From Ramazzottius varieornatus (lineage: Eukaryota; Animalia; Tardigrada), in the NCBI GenBank assembly GCA_001949185.1, contig BDGG01000001.1, positions 4,019,624 through 4,083,623 of the forward strand: a stretch of DNA of 64,000 nt, given 5' to 3'. A program made the translations under genes and the position numbers. Shown here piece after piece: positions 35,011 to 47,861 of this stretch (within the stretch, counting starts at the first letter, position 1; each line of letters starts with the position of its first letter). The notes under the pieces were generated by a model, which was not told where the DNA came from, made no database searches, and was given only the letters and a program-made list of their open reading frames with translations.

Positions 35011-38000
35011 ACGCGCAATGATTGATGACGTTGTCTGCCTTTGTCACTCCAGCGTGCGTTAAATGACGTTTAGATGGGAGAAGCGGATTAGACGTTGGGA
35101 CAAACGGGTCGGATAATGATAGTTGCGAAGAAGGTAAACTCCTCCGACCAGTTAATTATGCCTTCGTACAGCCTTGATGAATATCTCTCACTGGCCTGCA
35201 AAGAGATAAATGGAATATGCAAACTGGAGGAGAAATGTCAGATACAGACGGCGTACGGGTGTAGTTAGTAGCCACAGGCTCTCATAGCTGATACACCTAA
35301 CAATTTATCCTGCTCCTGCACAGAAGCCGGTATGATATCACACGGACGAGACGACATCTTTAATGGCTATCCATCACAACATTACATCCATCCCCCTCAA
35401 ATATGCGCCAGATGATGTATTTGTCTACTAACTGGACAAACAAGTCTCCGAATATCACCACGATATCTCGAGGTGTCATTCTCCAAAGGTTTGTTTCATT
35501 GTAACCTCCTTGACGTCAAAAAATGTGAGAGATTCAGAACGCCAGAGTGCGTCTTAAATAGAATCGAGGTACCTGGAACGAGAGTCCGCGGTCCAAGACT
35601 CTAATTTCTATTTTTATAGCACATACGCCTATACTATGCGGTATTCGCACGCAAAGTACGTTCAAAAAAGAAATTTTACGCACGCACGCGAAGTTTTTAT
35701 AAGACAAATTCACACATGTCCCAAAGACAAACGGAAGCCTGGCAGGATGTTCCCGAGCCGCAATTTGACATGCGACGTCTACAATAACAGTGTCGCACTT
35801 TCAGAACAAAACTGTTGAGACTGTCGTGGCTGATAGTTTATGTTTCAAGAGGAAACCAACGGTCAGAAATGTACACAAAGGAAGCATAAGGAAGGAAGGG
35901 ACAAGAAGCTGCATTTTACATCGTCAGCTTGCTCTTGCCGTCAGTAGCCAAGTTGCCCCTGAAAATTGTCGCTGCGTGTTTGGCAGCAAGTAGTGCCTCA
36001 TGGAATTTCTTTTGAGAAAGGAATTGTCGGTACGCCACTACCCAGTGTCCGAATAATGAAATCAGTGTCAAAAGGCCTGTTTGACACAAGTATTGCCTGG
36101 ACAATACAGATAAAGCCCCCGTAAAGAGACATCTACTCGATTCCCACAGTCATCGCAACCCATTAAGCTCCTTATTCATTCTTTCAAGTATGGATAAGTG
36201 ATGAAGAGAACGGCTGAAAAGGAAAACTAGCCAGCTACAAATAATCCTTACGATTACTAGCTGTCGATGAGGAACAGCGCGCGGGAAGTGGAAGCTTGAA
36301 GCTACCTTAAGTTAACCTGTTTTTTCCTCCGCCTAATTACGTCCGCCCTCACGTCCATCCTACCGTCACAGAATACATCGGTCCCAAACAATGGCTACTT
36401 AAACAGCTCCTGTCGAACTAACGTGTTCATTAAGCGCTGTTCTTTTGCTAACGCCGCCGAAAAAAATCTCGTCGGATCAGATCTCGGAAGAACTAAACGC
36501 AATGAACAGTCGCGATGTTAACCCAAGTATTTTTACAAACTAAAGAGATGGCGTCGGAGTTCTTAAAGATATTCGCAGAATGAAATTCCTCTGTTTGTGC
36601 ATCTCAGTTGATTACAGGAAAATATGTGGTCCCTAAAAAATGTAGATACACTTTGTTGTCTCGGGCAAACAAGATGAAGTAGTCAATGCAGTCGGCGTGA
36701 TAATCTCTTCCGTAAACTTGTCACTAGGCTGTTTGCCGTCGCCATGTCCGCTCTAGTACCTCTTGATAGACACGCTTGCAAACATTCGAGATCTATTGTC
36801 TAAAACCCAATATTTACAACTAATTAAATTAACATCTATCCTTGCTGTAACGTAAAGTCAAGAACGAAGAAGAGTCGTTTTCCGTATAACAGCTATTCTA
36901 AATTTTCCGTAAATTTTTTCTGCTCTAGGACCAACGGATATATCGTTGAATTTTACCGTAAAAAAGGGCATTGGCGCGCTGAGAAAATAAGTAGAATAAA
37001 CCAAGATGAGATTCCGCCCAAAGGTCAAATATCGAAGCACCTGTTGAATCAAGCACCCAGCCGAGAAATGTGCAAGAAAACATACGAGTGCTGGTAGACA
37101 ATGATCAGACGCTTATGAGAAGTATGATCAGATCGACTACTGTGAACTGGAATCACTTGATCAAATTTTGGAGCTTGGGCTTGTCGTCGCCGTGTACGAA
37201 ATCCGAGACGGGATGATCAAGGAAAAGTCTGTCCATCTGCAGTGTAGATAACGATTGTGATATGCCTTCCAATCCACAAGTTCACAGTAACATAATCTGG
37301 CCTCATTACAGACTATCATTAAGACGCGGGATCCATAACACTAAACAGGAATCGAGACACCGGCTAAGAATTTTCCCCCTTCGACGTCTTGCCCAGGACC
37401 AACTAGTTCTTGTTGTCTTGCCTATCTTGGCTGTTGCCGTTTGACGCGACGTTGGAGACGGACGACAGAAGGAGAAGAAATATATCGCTTTGTAATCTGG
37501 CCGTAAATCTCGGTACCGAACGCTGATTGATCATTAAGCCAAGAAGACAATGGCCACTTTTCAAGAGGGACCCAGCTATCTGTCACCGAGCTGAAATGCC
37601 TTAATATCCATGACCGGCTCCCGTGACCGCCACATCTCTTCATCTTTCTCAAGTTTCCTTCCTTGGCAAATTGAGGAAGAGCAGAGGAAATATCTTCACT
37701 CGCTTCTATTTCAACAGGTGCTTTGTGTGAAGAGAGTTCTCATCATTGTAGAACGAATAAATTTAGGATTCTAACAATGCCCTCGTTTTACTCCATGATT
37801 GTCCTTCGTCACGATATCAGTGCCGGATTGATGAGCGACGAGCTGTAAGTAAGGGCCTGACATGACTTCAACTCCCGCTCGAAATGCATGACTGCACCAA
37901 ATATGCACCGACTAGGGACAGTCGACTGACTACTGGTCAACATGAGGAACTCGTTAGCACATTTCGCGCATACTTCTGACAACCGATCGTTTCGTCGACC

Positions 38001-41000
38001 TACGCAATGGTATCGGTAAAACTCGGACAGGAAATTTTCTGATACTGGTCGAATTTTGTTTTGATTTTTCCTAAAATTTAAGGGAGCACTAGTACTAGTG
38101 GGCAAATGATTTGAACCAAATCCTCATCTCGAATAGCGCAAGTTCCCGTTGTCACTGGCTAGTAGTGCGCGCCTCTTGGGAGGACGAACTTGTTCATAGT
38201 CATTTGCCCACGTTCCATGTACGATAGGACCTGTTCTTGAATCTTGATGAAGCCTTCTTGTGGATAAATAAAGCTTGGAGAATCACGCCATGATTTTACA
38301 CTTTGAAATCCCTAAGGTTATTGTGGCCACCACGCCGGTCTTGACGTAATAACTTATCAAAGCCGAAGATGACCACATGGCACTTTGCTTTTGTAAGATG
38401 ATTACACATCAAAGTGCGATGATTACCCACATGAGCAACACGGACATGCACCACTGCCCACAGCTCGCACCCTTCTGCCCAAATATACAAGAACCAGAAA
38501 TATATAGCCCTGGACATGACCTGTGGTCAGCAGCGCCGACCAAAGACACAACGACAATGCCGTCATGCTTCATATGTCCATCACAATATCAATAGATAAT
38601 ATTGTGCAATGCAGTGCTTTCTTGTCATCAGATACGTCCGGTTTCGCTTAACCACCACCGATTCCTTCAGATAGCTCTTCTTGTCCCCGTCCGACCTTCC
38701 AGACGGTCTACAGATGTTCCATGTTCACCCGCGACATTCTCGCAAATGCACATGAAATACGAACGTCCTTAACCACAAGATATTCGTCGTAAAGAAATTA
38801 GGTCAATCAAGGCGTCAATGGTATTTTGGTCAATCGAACGTCAGACAAAGAAAAACCTGAAACTTTTGAGTGTGTCGTAATTGTAATCGCTATCTTATCG
38901 AAAATATCTAGCGAAGGAAACATTGTCAAACAATGGTTTTTACTACGTGGCTGCGCCATAACTTCGCACGTGGCAGAAAGCAAAACAAAGATTACGATGT
39001 GCCAACCATCTTTTTTTACAGCAGGCACCTGGAACCGAATGGCGCCTAGAGATCTAGCATATCCAGTCCGAAAATCAAAACAGGATTCATCACCACCAAT
39101 ACTTTCACAGCTACTATTTCGAAAAGAATTTTTTCAATTTTCGTTCAAGACTATTTCACTTGGAAGAGATCTGACCTGTCTGAAGCCACAGTGCCACGCC
39201 CAAGGAAAGTGAACGAGGTCCTGGCTGTCACTTTCATCACACATAAAATGCCGATGATTACCGAAAAGCTATTTAACGACAAAAAAATTGCAAACAGGTA
39301 AAAGAAGCCGAAGCAAAATTACCCGTCTAGAATGAAGAAGACACAGTTTAATTAGTCTAATTATACTGTGGGGGACATTGGCTAGCTTTGCCCTTGTTAG
39401 GCGGATTCGGAGGGAAGCCTTCCAGGAACTCCAGCAAGCGCGACAATTGCAACAAAGCCGTCAAATCGCTCCGGCCCTTACGACGAAGACAGGGAGGAAA
39501 GGTAAGAGGTGCCTACGCGAAAATAGACAAGCTGGGAAGATAGATGGGACTAGTCCAGGTAGAAGGTGCAATTATGCACAAATTCCTGACGGTTGACTGG
39601 CCAAGATTTATGTGGTATAAAGACATACATGAACGGGGGGCAGCGGTACTGTAAATACTAAATATGATCTGCCTGTGTCGGTACAAGTTTAAAAGAACGT
39701 GAAGATGATAAGTGTTTAAGATGGATTATAGATGCCAAACAAATCATTCTTCACAGCGGACAATCTCCCTGTGTTGCCCACTGTCCACTACGGCACCAAC
39801 CTATGCCTAATCACGGTGTGCTGCTGTCGTATTACGCCGGACACATTTCTCGGCCTTTGAAAGAAATACAAGACCTGCAGGGAAAATACTTCGGAAGCAA
39901 GAATGACCACTTTCAGGCATCATGCAAGCTTGCAAGGTATCATCAACCACGTCCATCACTCTTCCCGATAATCTGAAATATATTTCAACCTCTTGGTACT
40001 CCAAATGAAAAGTCCGAAAAGACGCAAAGTATCCATAAAACATTTTCGTCTCGAAAAGCTCGCTTTTTTCCCACTTGGCTTCAATTCAAATTCAAAGCTT
40101 CAATGCCCTTCCGACAAAGTTTCTCAGTGGTTTAAAAATATTACAGGCCTTGTCTGCTGAATATATGGCCAAAGGATCTTCGCGCTGAAAGGCGCCACTT
40201 ATAACCGATAGACATCTTCATAAAGAGCGCTTTTCTCTCCTTTCGAAAATCTGTTGAACGAGACATCAGATATGTTTGCTAAAAGCAAACTCACGACACG
40301 CGCACGCTGGACCAATACCTTTCCAAACATGAACTCATCAAATCCCTCTGACTACTCATACATGAAGTACCCGCCCAAATAACCCGGAAAAACGACACTT
40401 CTAAAAAATTTCAAAACGGAAAACTCTTTCTTTCAAAATGGTTTACGGAAAAATGTCTTTCTTTTCCAATATGGTTTATGGAAAATGTTGATTCTTACCT
40501 GATGTGGCTGATAATGTCGTCCGTGCTCGGGCAGGTTCTTGGTACCAGGCTCCTCCGGCGGTTCGTCCAAAGGTCCAAAAGGAACGTGCGGAAGTGCTTC
40601 AATGAGAGTGTCATCTGCGAGTGGTTGGCAACAAGTGATAATATGATCAAGATGAGACGTCACATTCGAGAAGTCTGGCAAGAGCGAAAAGAATGGAATA
40701 ATCGTGCACAGACTTACTTGGAAGGGTGCGCAGGCGATGGCGATGACGAAAATGACAAACAGCTTCTTTCTGAGCTGTCCAAACGTTGTGATGCAGAAAA
40801 AGGAGGCGGTGCACAGTTCATCCCTTGCCAGCCATGGACCATGGACAATCATTCCGCCCAAAGAATAGAACTGGTTAGCAGTCTTCAAGGAATGCACAAG
40901 AGAGACAGTGGCAGCCGCAAGTACTGACCAAGACTGGTCAGCGTGCACAGAAGCCATTTCTTCTGGCTGAGCTTCCGTGGGATGGCCTTCGTGTGAACAA

Positions 41001-41705
41001 CAGAGATGTAGGCGTTTATAACTGGCAAGTTCGACCGGCTATTTTTGTCAAGGAATGGTGGAGAAGGAAGGGAGGGAGACCGAAAGACCTTCGCACTAAA
41101 CACGAACATTGTTTCCAGTCCAACAATTCATTGGAGAATAAAGTCTAATCATAACTGAGCATGGCATTTACACGTGAATCAACAAGTGGTGTCGGCAATG
41201 ACGATATGCCGGTACATTCCTGTACAAATATGCTCTTCACGGTTCGCTCATAAAGAAAAAGTATTGCTCCGCTCCCGAATGGGTTTTGCTATCGTTTCTA
41301 TGAGGTCTTTTGAAGAATAAATATTGTAATTGCTAGTATTGTTGTAATTATAAGTAAGCTCGCTTTGAAAGTCATGCCACCTGCATTCGAAGAAGACAAT
41401 ACGGCCGAGGAATACGTCGGTTCTTGATACCGCCCTCATCTTCGACCACTGGACGGAATCTTTCCGCTGACCGGAAGATATTTAACGGAAGGTAGAGTGA
41501 GCATCTTCCGAGTATGTTCTTTATTGGCCAAAGCTTAAAACTTAAACAAGAAGAAAATTAAGAGTGTTGCAAGAATTGCATGTCTCAGACCTTACCGTCG
41601 AAAAGAGGTTTGCAGTTCGAAAGGAATTTGATTGAACAAATGTAGCAACGCACTGACCTATGGACATGAACTGAAGAGCATCGAATACCATATTGAGGAA
41701 CTTCT

Positions 41706-44700
41706 TTAAGCTCCAACTTCCAGATCTTCGGTCGACTGCTGGTTTTCTTCGGCGACGGACTCGCTATTCGACGGCGCGGCGGGTTTCGCCGCTACATCAT
41801 CGACTTTCAGGAACCTTCGGATTTGGTCGGGAAGAAACTTCCACAATAGTTCGAAGAATTCCCTACAAAGAAAACAACAGAATTGAAAAACAGTTCTGTT
41901 TGGTTTAGGACATGATCAGGTCCACTACTTACCCAACTTCGTCCGATCTCGTTGCACTCGTCAGGTACACGCACACCTTGTCCGTCTCGCACTTGTTCTC
42001 CATGATCGTGACGTAGAACTCCAAGGTCACTTTCCCGAAAGTTTGTTTGTGCAGAAAGTCTCCGATACTCGCCTCCAAGCTCCACTCATCCTTTAAACTT
42101 CCAATTTTCATACCCTTGATAGCTGTCTTCCGGAAGTGTCTCCGCTTGTCCCAGCTGCGGCACTGCAGATGGCAGTGATAGTCGTTAAGGACAGGTCCAA
42201 GTTGCGGAATGGCCCGGTCGAAGGGAATCAAAGCTGCGTACGAAAAGGGCATTGTTAAGGTCGCGGATAACCAGATATAGTACGTAGCTGGAAACTGGGC
42301 GTCTCAGGCGAACAAACTCGAAAAGATCATTCTACCAAGTGGCGCACGCTTTCGACCAACAACAATGAGAGCGTGCGCCAGTTGGGAAAAGATCTTCTCA
42401 ACCTTGTTTGCCGAGCTCCCAACTGCAAAAAATATTAGAAATTGTCAACGGCAATGTGCCATTAAACCAAGTTTGAACGAATAATTAACCCCGATAGTAA
42501 AAAACATCCACTCGACAAGTGGATACTCACCGGCATCTTCCTCGCTTAGCTCGCGGACAAACTCGCACCGGAAGAAGTCTTCGAATATCCGCTTAGTGAC
42601 ATCCGCCACTTTTGGTATCCACTCTGCGAAAGGTGTCTTTGACTTGTGTGCTGAGATACTCACTGCGACAGGTATGGCCGGAAGACAGGATTCGGTGTAG
42701 TCTTTATCGAAAAGAGTGACCACGTTGAGTGGTATCCTTGAGAAGACAGCGACCTCCTGACGCATCCATTCTCGCATCTGTATGAAGGTGTGGAGGGAAA
42801 CGGACTTGGCAATGTTGTGGGCCATATCAAAAGGGTCTTGTAGATTGACGTATCGAATCCGGAAACCATCAGGAGGAATTTCGAAAGACTGGACGGGTAT
42901 CACTTCACCGGTGAAGGTGCTCATGACGTTCCTGGGGAAATCGAAGGACGCATAGTACGCGAAAAAATCCATGAGTAGTTGCGCTGCAATATCAAGTAAC
43001 ATAAATGAAAAGTCTGCAAGCTAAAACGCCATCTTTCACGAACGTGGATACCCGGGCGTGTGCTTGTAACATGATGATCAGGTATGCAGGTACAGAAAAG
43101 CTCACGGCTTGATCCATCATGTACCTCCCTACACAGAGGTAGGCGCAGACAATTGCGAGCAAGTATGCAGGTGCGTGCGTACGCCGAACAAAGAATTTAA
43201 GAAAACATCCAAGCTACCGTACAGGCGTTAGAAACCTACCGGGAGATCGCTGGTTGAGCGAAGCTGGGATCATTCGCGCAAGTGTTTGCAACTCTTGGAC
43301 AGGAAGGTCGAACGAGAACGATGAACCAGCCTGGTTCTCTGGGCTGGACTCGCCAGTTCGGTTCTTGTACTCATCTGACGATTCGATCCAAGCGATGATT
43401 TGCTCCGGAGAATGAACAACGACGGGCTTTGTGTTGGAAAGGAAAAACAGAAGCAGCATCGTCAGGGCGTACTTCGTGAAGCCCATGTCGCCCGTCAACT
43501 CCTTCGTATCTGCCCACCTTCTTATGGTGTAGACAAGAGGACGGATGCGGCTATCCATCATACTGTACAGAATGAGGAGACCAGTGTTCTGGAAAACCAA
43601 CCTAAAACCGAGCCCAAAATATCAAAAAATACTGGCAAAACGCACATGCGTTCCAGCATCTACACGGCGCAGAATACATACTTGCTGGAGAAAGAGACAT
43701 CGATACTCATGTTGGTTAAGCTTTGGTGTAACCTAAGGATGGGTGTTCGAGCTTCCGGTACGGCGAGAATGTTGTCCCATCGGTAGCTCTTGGACAGGTA
43801 CCGATGCAACTTCTCCATCAGTCTGAGAATCTGCTGCTTGGTGAACTTCTTGAGTTCTCCAGGTTCGTAAGGATGGTTGAAGAGCTGCGTCACGTTGTTA
43901 TTGTAGTAACCGATAGATTTTTCTCTCGGCTGCAAACAACGTTTCACTTTAGATGGAATTCCGACTGAAAAACTCGCTTACCTTACCGGAAATTCCTTCT
44001 GGGCTTCTTCCGAATCGAGATGGAGCTCCAAGTACGAGTCGATATCGGAACCTCGAACACCGAACGTATTGACCGATGAACCGTACATGCGGAGATCGCA
44101 TCGCCGGAAGATCTTTCGGAAGGACTGTTCGAGTTGGGATCGAATCTGTTCGCGTTGACGATACTCTTCCGAGTTGAGCTCGGCATTCTGCATCAGCAGA
44201 CTCATTTGCATAACCGGCTGCAACGATACCGCACACTAAGATAAACAACTGGGAGTGGAATGTTCGGAGGAGACTCACGTCGTTAGTGGAATTCAAGTAC
44301 GGCATCTGCCGAAGCAGCTTCTGGATCTGCGTCTCTTTCTTGTGCTGCGGTAAAGGTTTGTTCTGCTGAATAGGCAGCGGAAGCGGTTGATTTGGCAGGA
44401 TGTTGGAGTAAGTGTTATTTTGATGCAGATTATTAGGTCCAGGTTTCGGTTGAGGTGCGAAAACGGGAGCGCGAGTAGCCACTGGTCCACGGTAGAGAAT
44501 ATTGTTCGGTCCATTGTGAATGGCTGGGAAGTCGTGAGCATATGCGGAGCCGGGGACGATGGGGAGGTTGGCCACGATGGAGTAGGGAACTCCTCTGCCT
44601 CCCGACTGCGTCAGTATGCGAGCTGGAGTCTCGACGTCCATGGGGATATTTGGAGCGTATACTTTACCGTTGATTCTGCGAGGTTCGCAGTAGATTTCCA

Positions 44701-45216
44701 GATTATTAATGAGTATTTTCGCTTTGAGCGCGTCAAACGCAGAGTCACCTTCGACGAAGATCACGACTGCGGATCTACTCTAAAGGCATAACAAAATAAG
44801 TCCATCACGAAGGGGTGAATTCGACAAAACTGATACTCTTACGCTTTCTCTTTGGAAAATTTCTTGTATGCTTCCGAAGAGTCGGAAGGTGGTCGACAGC
44901 TGTTGAATAGTCACAGATGGCGGAACGTCGGGTATGAAGAGGGAACGTCGGTACTCGTCGATCTTGCGGTCCGATAAAGCAGGGCCGAAAGGAGGAGTTG
45001 GAGGACGGAAATCGAGCTGAGGTGGCTGATGCCCAAAGCCTGCAAAAGCAACATAACTAGATAACCTGCTCTGGCTGAAGATACCGACCTTGCATTCGGA
45101 AGCTAACGGAACCTACGAACACGTTCAGCAAGGCGCTGAGGCGGTATCCCTGTTCCGAATCCAGATAAGGTGAGATACTCCAAGGCCAGCTGCGTCCTAG
45201 GATCCACTGGATACAT
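41706..45216 (-). CDS. TUT1: TUT1/Star-PAP-like terminal nucleotidyltransferase (RRM + NTase + PAP-associated + C-terminal domain); start approximate
   Basis: RRM-like RRSLFIPDVPPSVTIQQLSTTFRLFG; catalytic YGSSVNTFGVRGSDID; ARTPILRL..IDVSFS; LVYTIRRWA..FTKYALTMLLLFFL; PAP-associated LQDPFDMAHNIAKSV; multi-exon, stop at 41706-41708. Confidence 0.85.
42292..42427. repeat. Palindromic dispersed element copy (intron of TUT1), best-preserved full-length copy
   Basis: ctgggcgtctcaggcgaacaaactcgaaaagatc...caagtggcgcac (42336-42347), 25-nt spacer, gtgcgccagttg (42373-42384)...gatcttctcaaccttgtttgccgagctcccaac. Confidence 0.92.
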
Positions 45217-45964
45217 TGCTGATGCTGAGAGGGCTGGCGCCTGCCATTCCTAAAAGCTCCCAAACTCGAATCCTGACCACAGAGCAGACTGTCACTGTGC
45301 AGATGTCGCTTCGAAGTCTAGAATACAAAGGAAGCAAGTTGGAGAGGAAGGAGATAACACTTAACAGAATCTGATGGTAACGTGACAGTGCAAGATTACA
45401 GAAATCAAAATCAGCCAGCTGCGCGGCAGGTTTCAAATCAGACACGATGACGTCACCGCGCATTTAACAAATCGTTCGCTCAATTTGCTGATTGAGACCT
45501 GTGCGAAGTGCGGCTATGGGAGGCCTTGCAGTTCGTACTGTAAAGAGTCCCTTATTATAACTGCTCTCATTGTATCTTCCCGAAAATCTTCACTGACGAC
45601 GTGGAGTGGTCAGTCCGCGCTGAACTCTACGGTATGAATAATTTAAGAAGCATGGTCAGAAGAGATTTATCCGACTCTTACTCTTTGCGTGAAGCTCATC
45701 GTTAAGTATCGTAACAAATCAGCGAGTGGAAAGTGTTTGTCCCTTCTCACGCACAGCGCGATAGACAACAAAGGCTGGTTTCAAGTCTGTCTAACACGAT
45801 ATAAAATCCCGAAGTTTACTAAATGAAAGAAAAAACAACAAAGTGAAGCTAATGGAAAAAAGGGATTCTGTCAAGGTCGATCTGACTGCGCGCCCGCGCA
45901 AAGGAGAAGTAAACTGCAAGGCGCGACTGCGTGGAAGGTATCAAGGGTCTTGTGCGATTCACGT

Positions 45965-47126
45965 CTAATAGCCACGGCCTCCACCGCCGCCACCAGCTTC
46001 AGTGCACTGAAAAATACAAAGAAAACAGTTACTAAATCATCCCCAAAATGAGAATTTGGTCAGAAGTCGCGGAAATGTTAGACCAAAAGTTCTACTTACG
46101 TCGCGAGAGATATGGCCAGGCTGGCCACACTTGTAGCTGCAAAACAGAAAAGACATTTAGATTAGCCCTATATCCCCCAAACTCAAACACGAGAAGCAGA
46201 ATATTCTTCGCGCTGAACTGATTTTTAGATCTGACGCACCACGAACGATCTCCCCCACCGCCTCGGCTACCACCTCCACCGTAGCCACCACCACCTCCAT
46301 ATCCGCCGCCTCCACGGCCACCTCCGTAACCTCCACCACCGCCGCCAGACTCGGTGCACTGCATAACAGGAAGAAACCAGCTGATTAATATCAGCAACGG
46401 AACAAGATGCCATCAAAAGTTGCGCAACTAGTAACTTACGTCTCGAGAGATGTGTCCGGGCTGGCCGCACTTGTAGCTACAAGGTAAGCAGGATCATCAG
46501 CACACTTCCACGAAATGCCAACTGAAAGTATTTAAAAGACCTTACCACGAGCGATCTCCCCCACCGGATCGACCGCCACCGCCGCCTCCGTAACCACCAC
46601 CACCATAGCCACCTCCATATCCGCCACCACCTCCGTATCCACCGCCGCCGCCACCGTATCCTAAAGAAAAGATGGCTCGGATCGAGGTAAAATACAGCAA
46701 TGTAGTTGAAGATGACCTGCGAAGCCTAAAGGCCAAGGTTTGCAGGGACTGAAAGGAAAATTTGAGCTTACCACCACGGCCGCCGCCACGACGATCTTCA
46801 CGGGGCTTGGCCCAGGCAACTCGCAAGCTTGAGCCGTTCAAGTCGGTGCCGCTAATGTTGGAGATAGCATTTTCAGCTTCAGTCTGGTCTTCGAAGACGA
46901 TGAATCCGAATCGAGGAGTCTGCTCGGCGTTGGACAGCCACAGTTCCTTGATTTGACCAACCTTATCGAAAGCGCCGCGAACATCATCTTCGCTGACACC
47001 ATCACCGATGCCTCCGACGTGCAGACGATATCCGCCGGACTTCTCATCACGCTGAGGTGTTCCAGCGTATCCACCACCGCCTCCGCTACGGCCGAACGAT
47101 CGTCCTCCACCATAGTCCGAGTCCAT
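45965..47126 (-). CDS. Glycine-rich RNA-binding protein: RRM + GGY/RGG repeats + two CCHC zinc knuckles, 6 exons
   Basis: RNP2 LHVGGI and RNP1 RFGFIVF. Exons 47126-46772, 46660-46546, 46476-46440, 46358-46240, 46136-46100 and 46006-45965 give two copies of DRSC|YKCGQPGHISRD|CTE. Confidence 0.92.
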
Positions 47127-47861
47127 TATGATGTTCTGCAAGATGCACATGAACCCACATTGCGACATCAGCCATTTTGACCGTGTAACTCGATGACACA
47201 GAATAACTCAGCGCGAACTTACCTTGTTTTTCGATGACCAACTGCAATCTGGACTCCTCCACAAGTTCTACCTGACGCAGCCGTTGGAACGATGCTGCTC
47301 CTCCGCAAGTAAACGACGAACACACTGGCTTCCCTGAAGGAAGCGAAACGCACGAGCTGACGATGATTCGAAAATGGTTTTTGAGGCCGGCTGCATCGAG
47401 GTTTTATATGCGGCGTGATGGTGTAGGCGAGGCTAAAATTTTGGAATTTCCGGAAGTCTTTCGCCTCGCCGTCGTGCGTTACACCCGGCTCAAGCAGGGC
47501 CAATTTTACGGCCATGCGGGTAATTTGCTAGAGTTGCCCCGTAAGAACGACTGCTTGTTGTCAGAACGAGTACAGTGCTTTGCGATTATAAGCCGCACTT
47601 AGTACTCAATCCAAGTAGGTACTTGGTACTCATGACTCATAACTCATGATTCACACTCACGAGCTTGCGATAAGGGCAGTATAACGTCACGATAGACGTC
47701 ATGCGCGATTTCGCTCCTGAAAATCCTACTTTCGGAGCAATCAAAGTCATTTCGTCTTCTTCGAACTCTTCTGGATTCCGAATCTGCCACTAGTCTTCTT
47801 CATCTTCCTGAGGGAAAACCTGCGTTGATTTTTGGGATCAGTCGTTCAGCGTCGACACCGG

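Noticed and set aside
40185-40210. Half-site aggcgccactta resembling the palindromic core (similar half-sites near 7000, 8316 and 58463)
   Set aside because: No matching arm at the expected 25-nt distance was found for this site, and no partner arm was evident for the others; not counted as copies.
40433-41110. 149-aa (+) and 174-aa (-) overlapping ORFs
   Set aside because: No family recognised and no supported splice structure; may be a decayed fragment.
41248-41690. Possible small spliced gene downstream of TUT1
   Set aside because: Splice-like sites exist but the frame and product could not be established.
43070-43130. acatgatgatcagg...cttgatccatcatgt inverted repeat with a C-box-like ATGATGA in a TUT1 intron
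   Set aside because: The C-box is antisense to the host gene and has no properly placed D-box; not supportable as a snoRNA.
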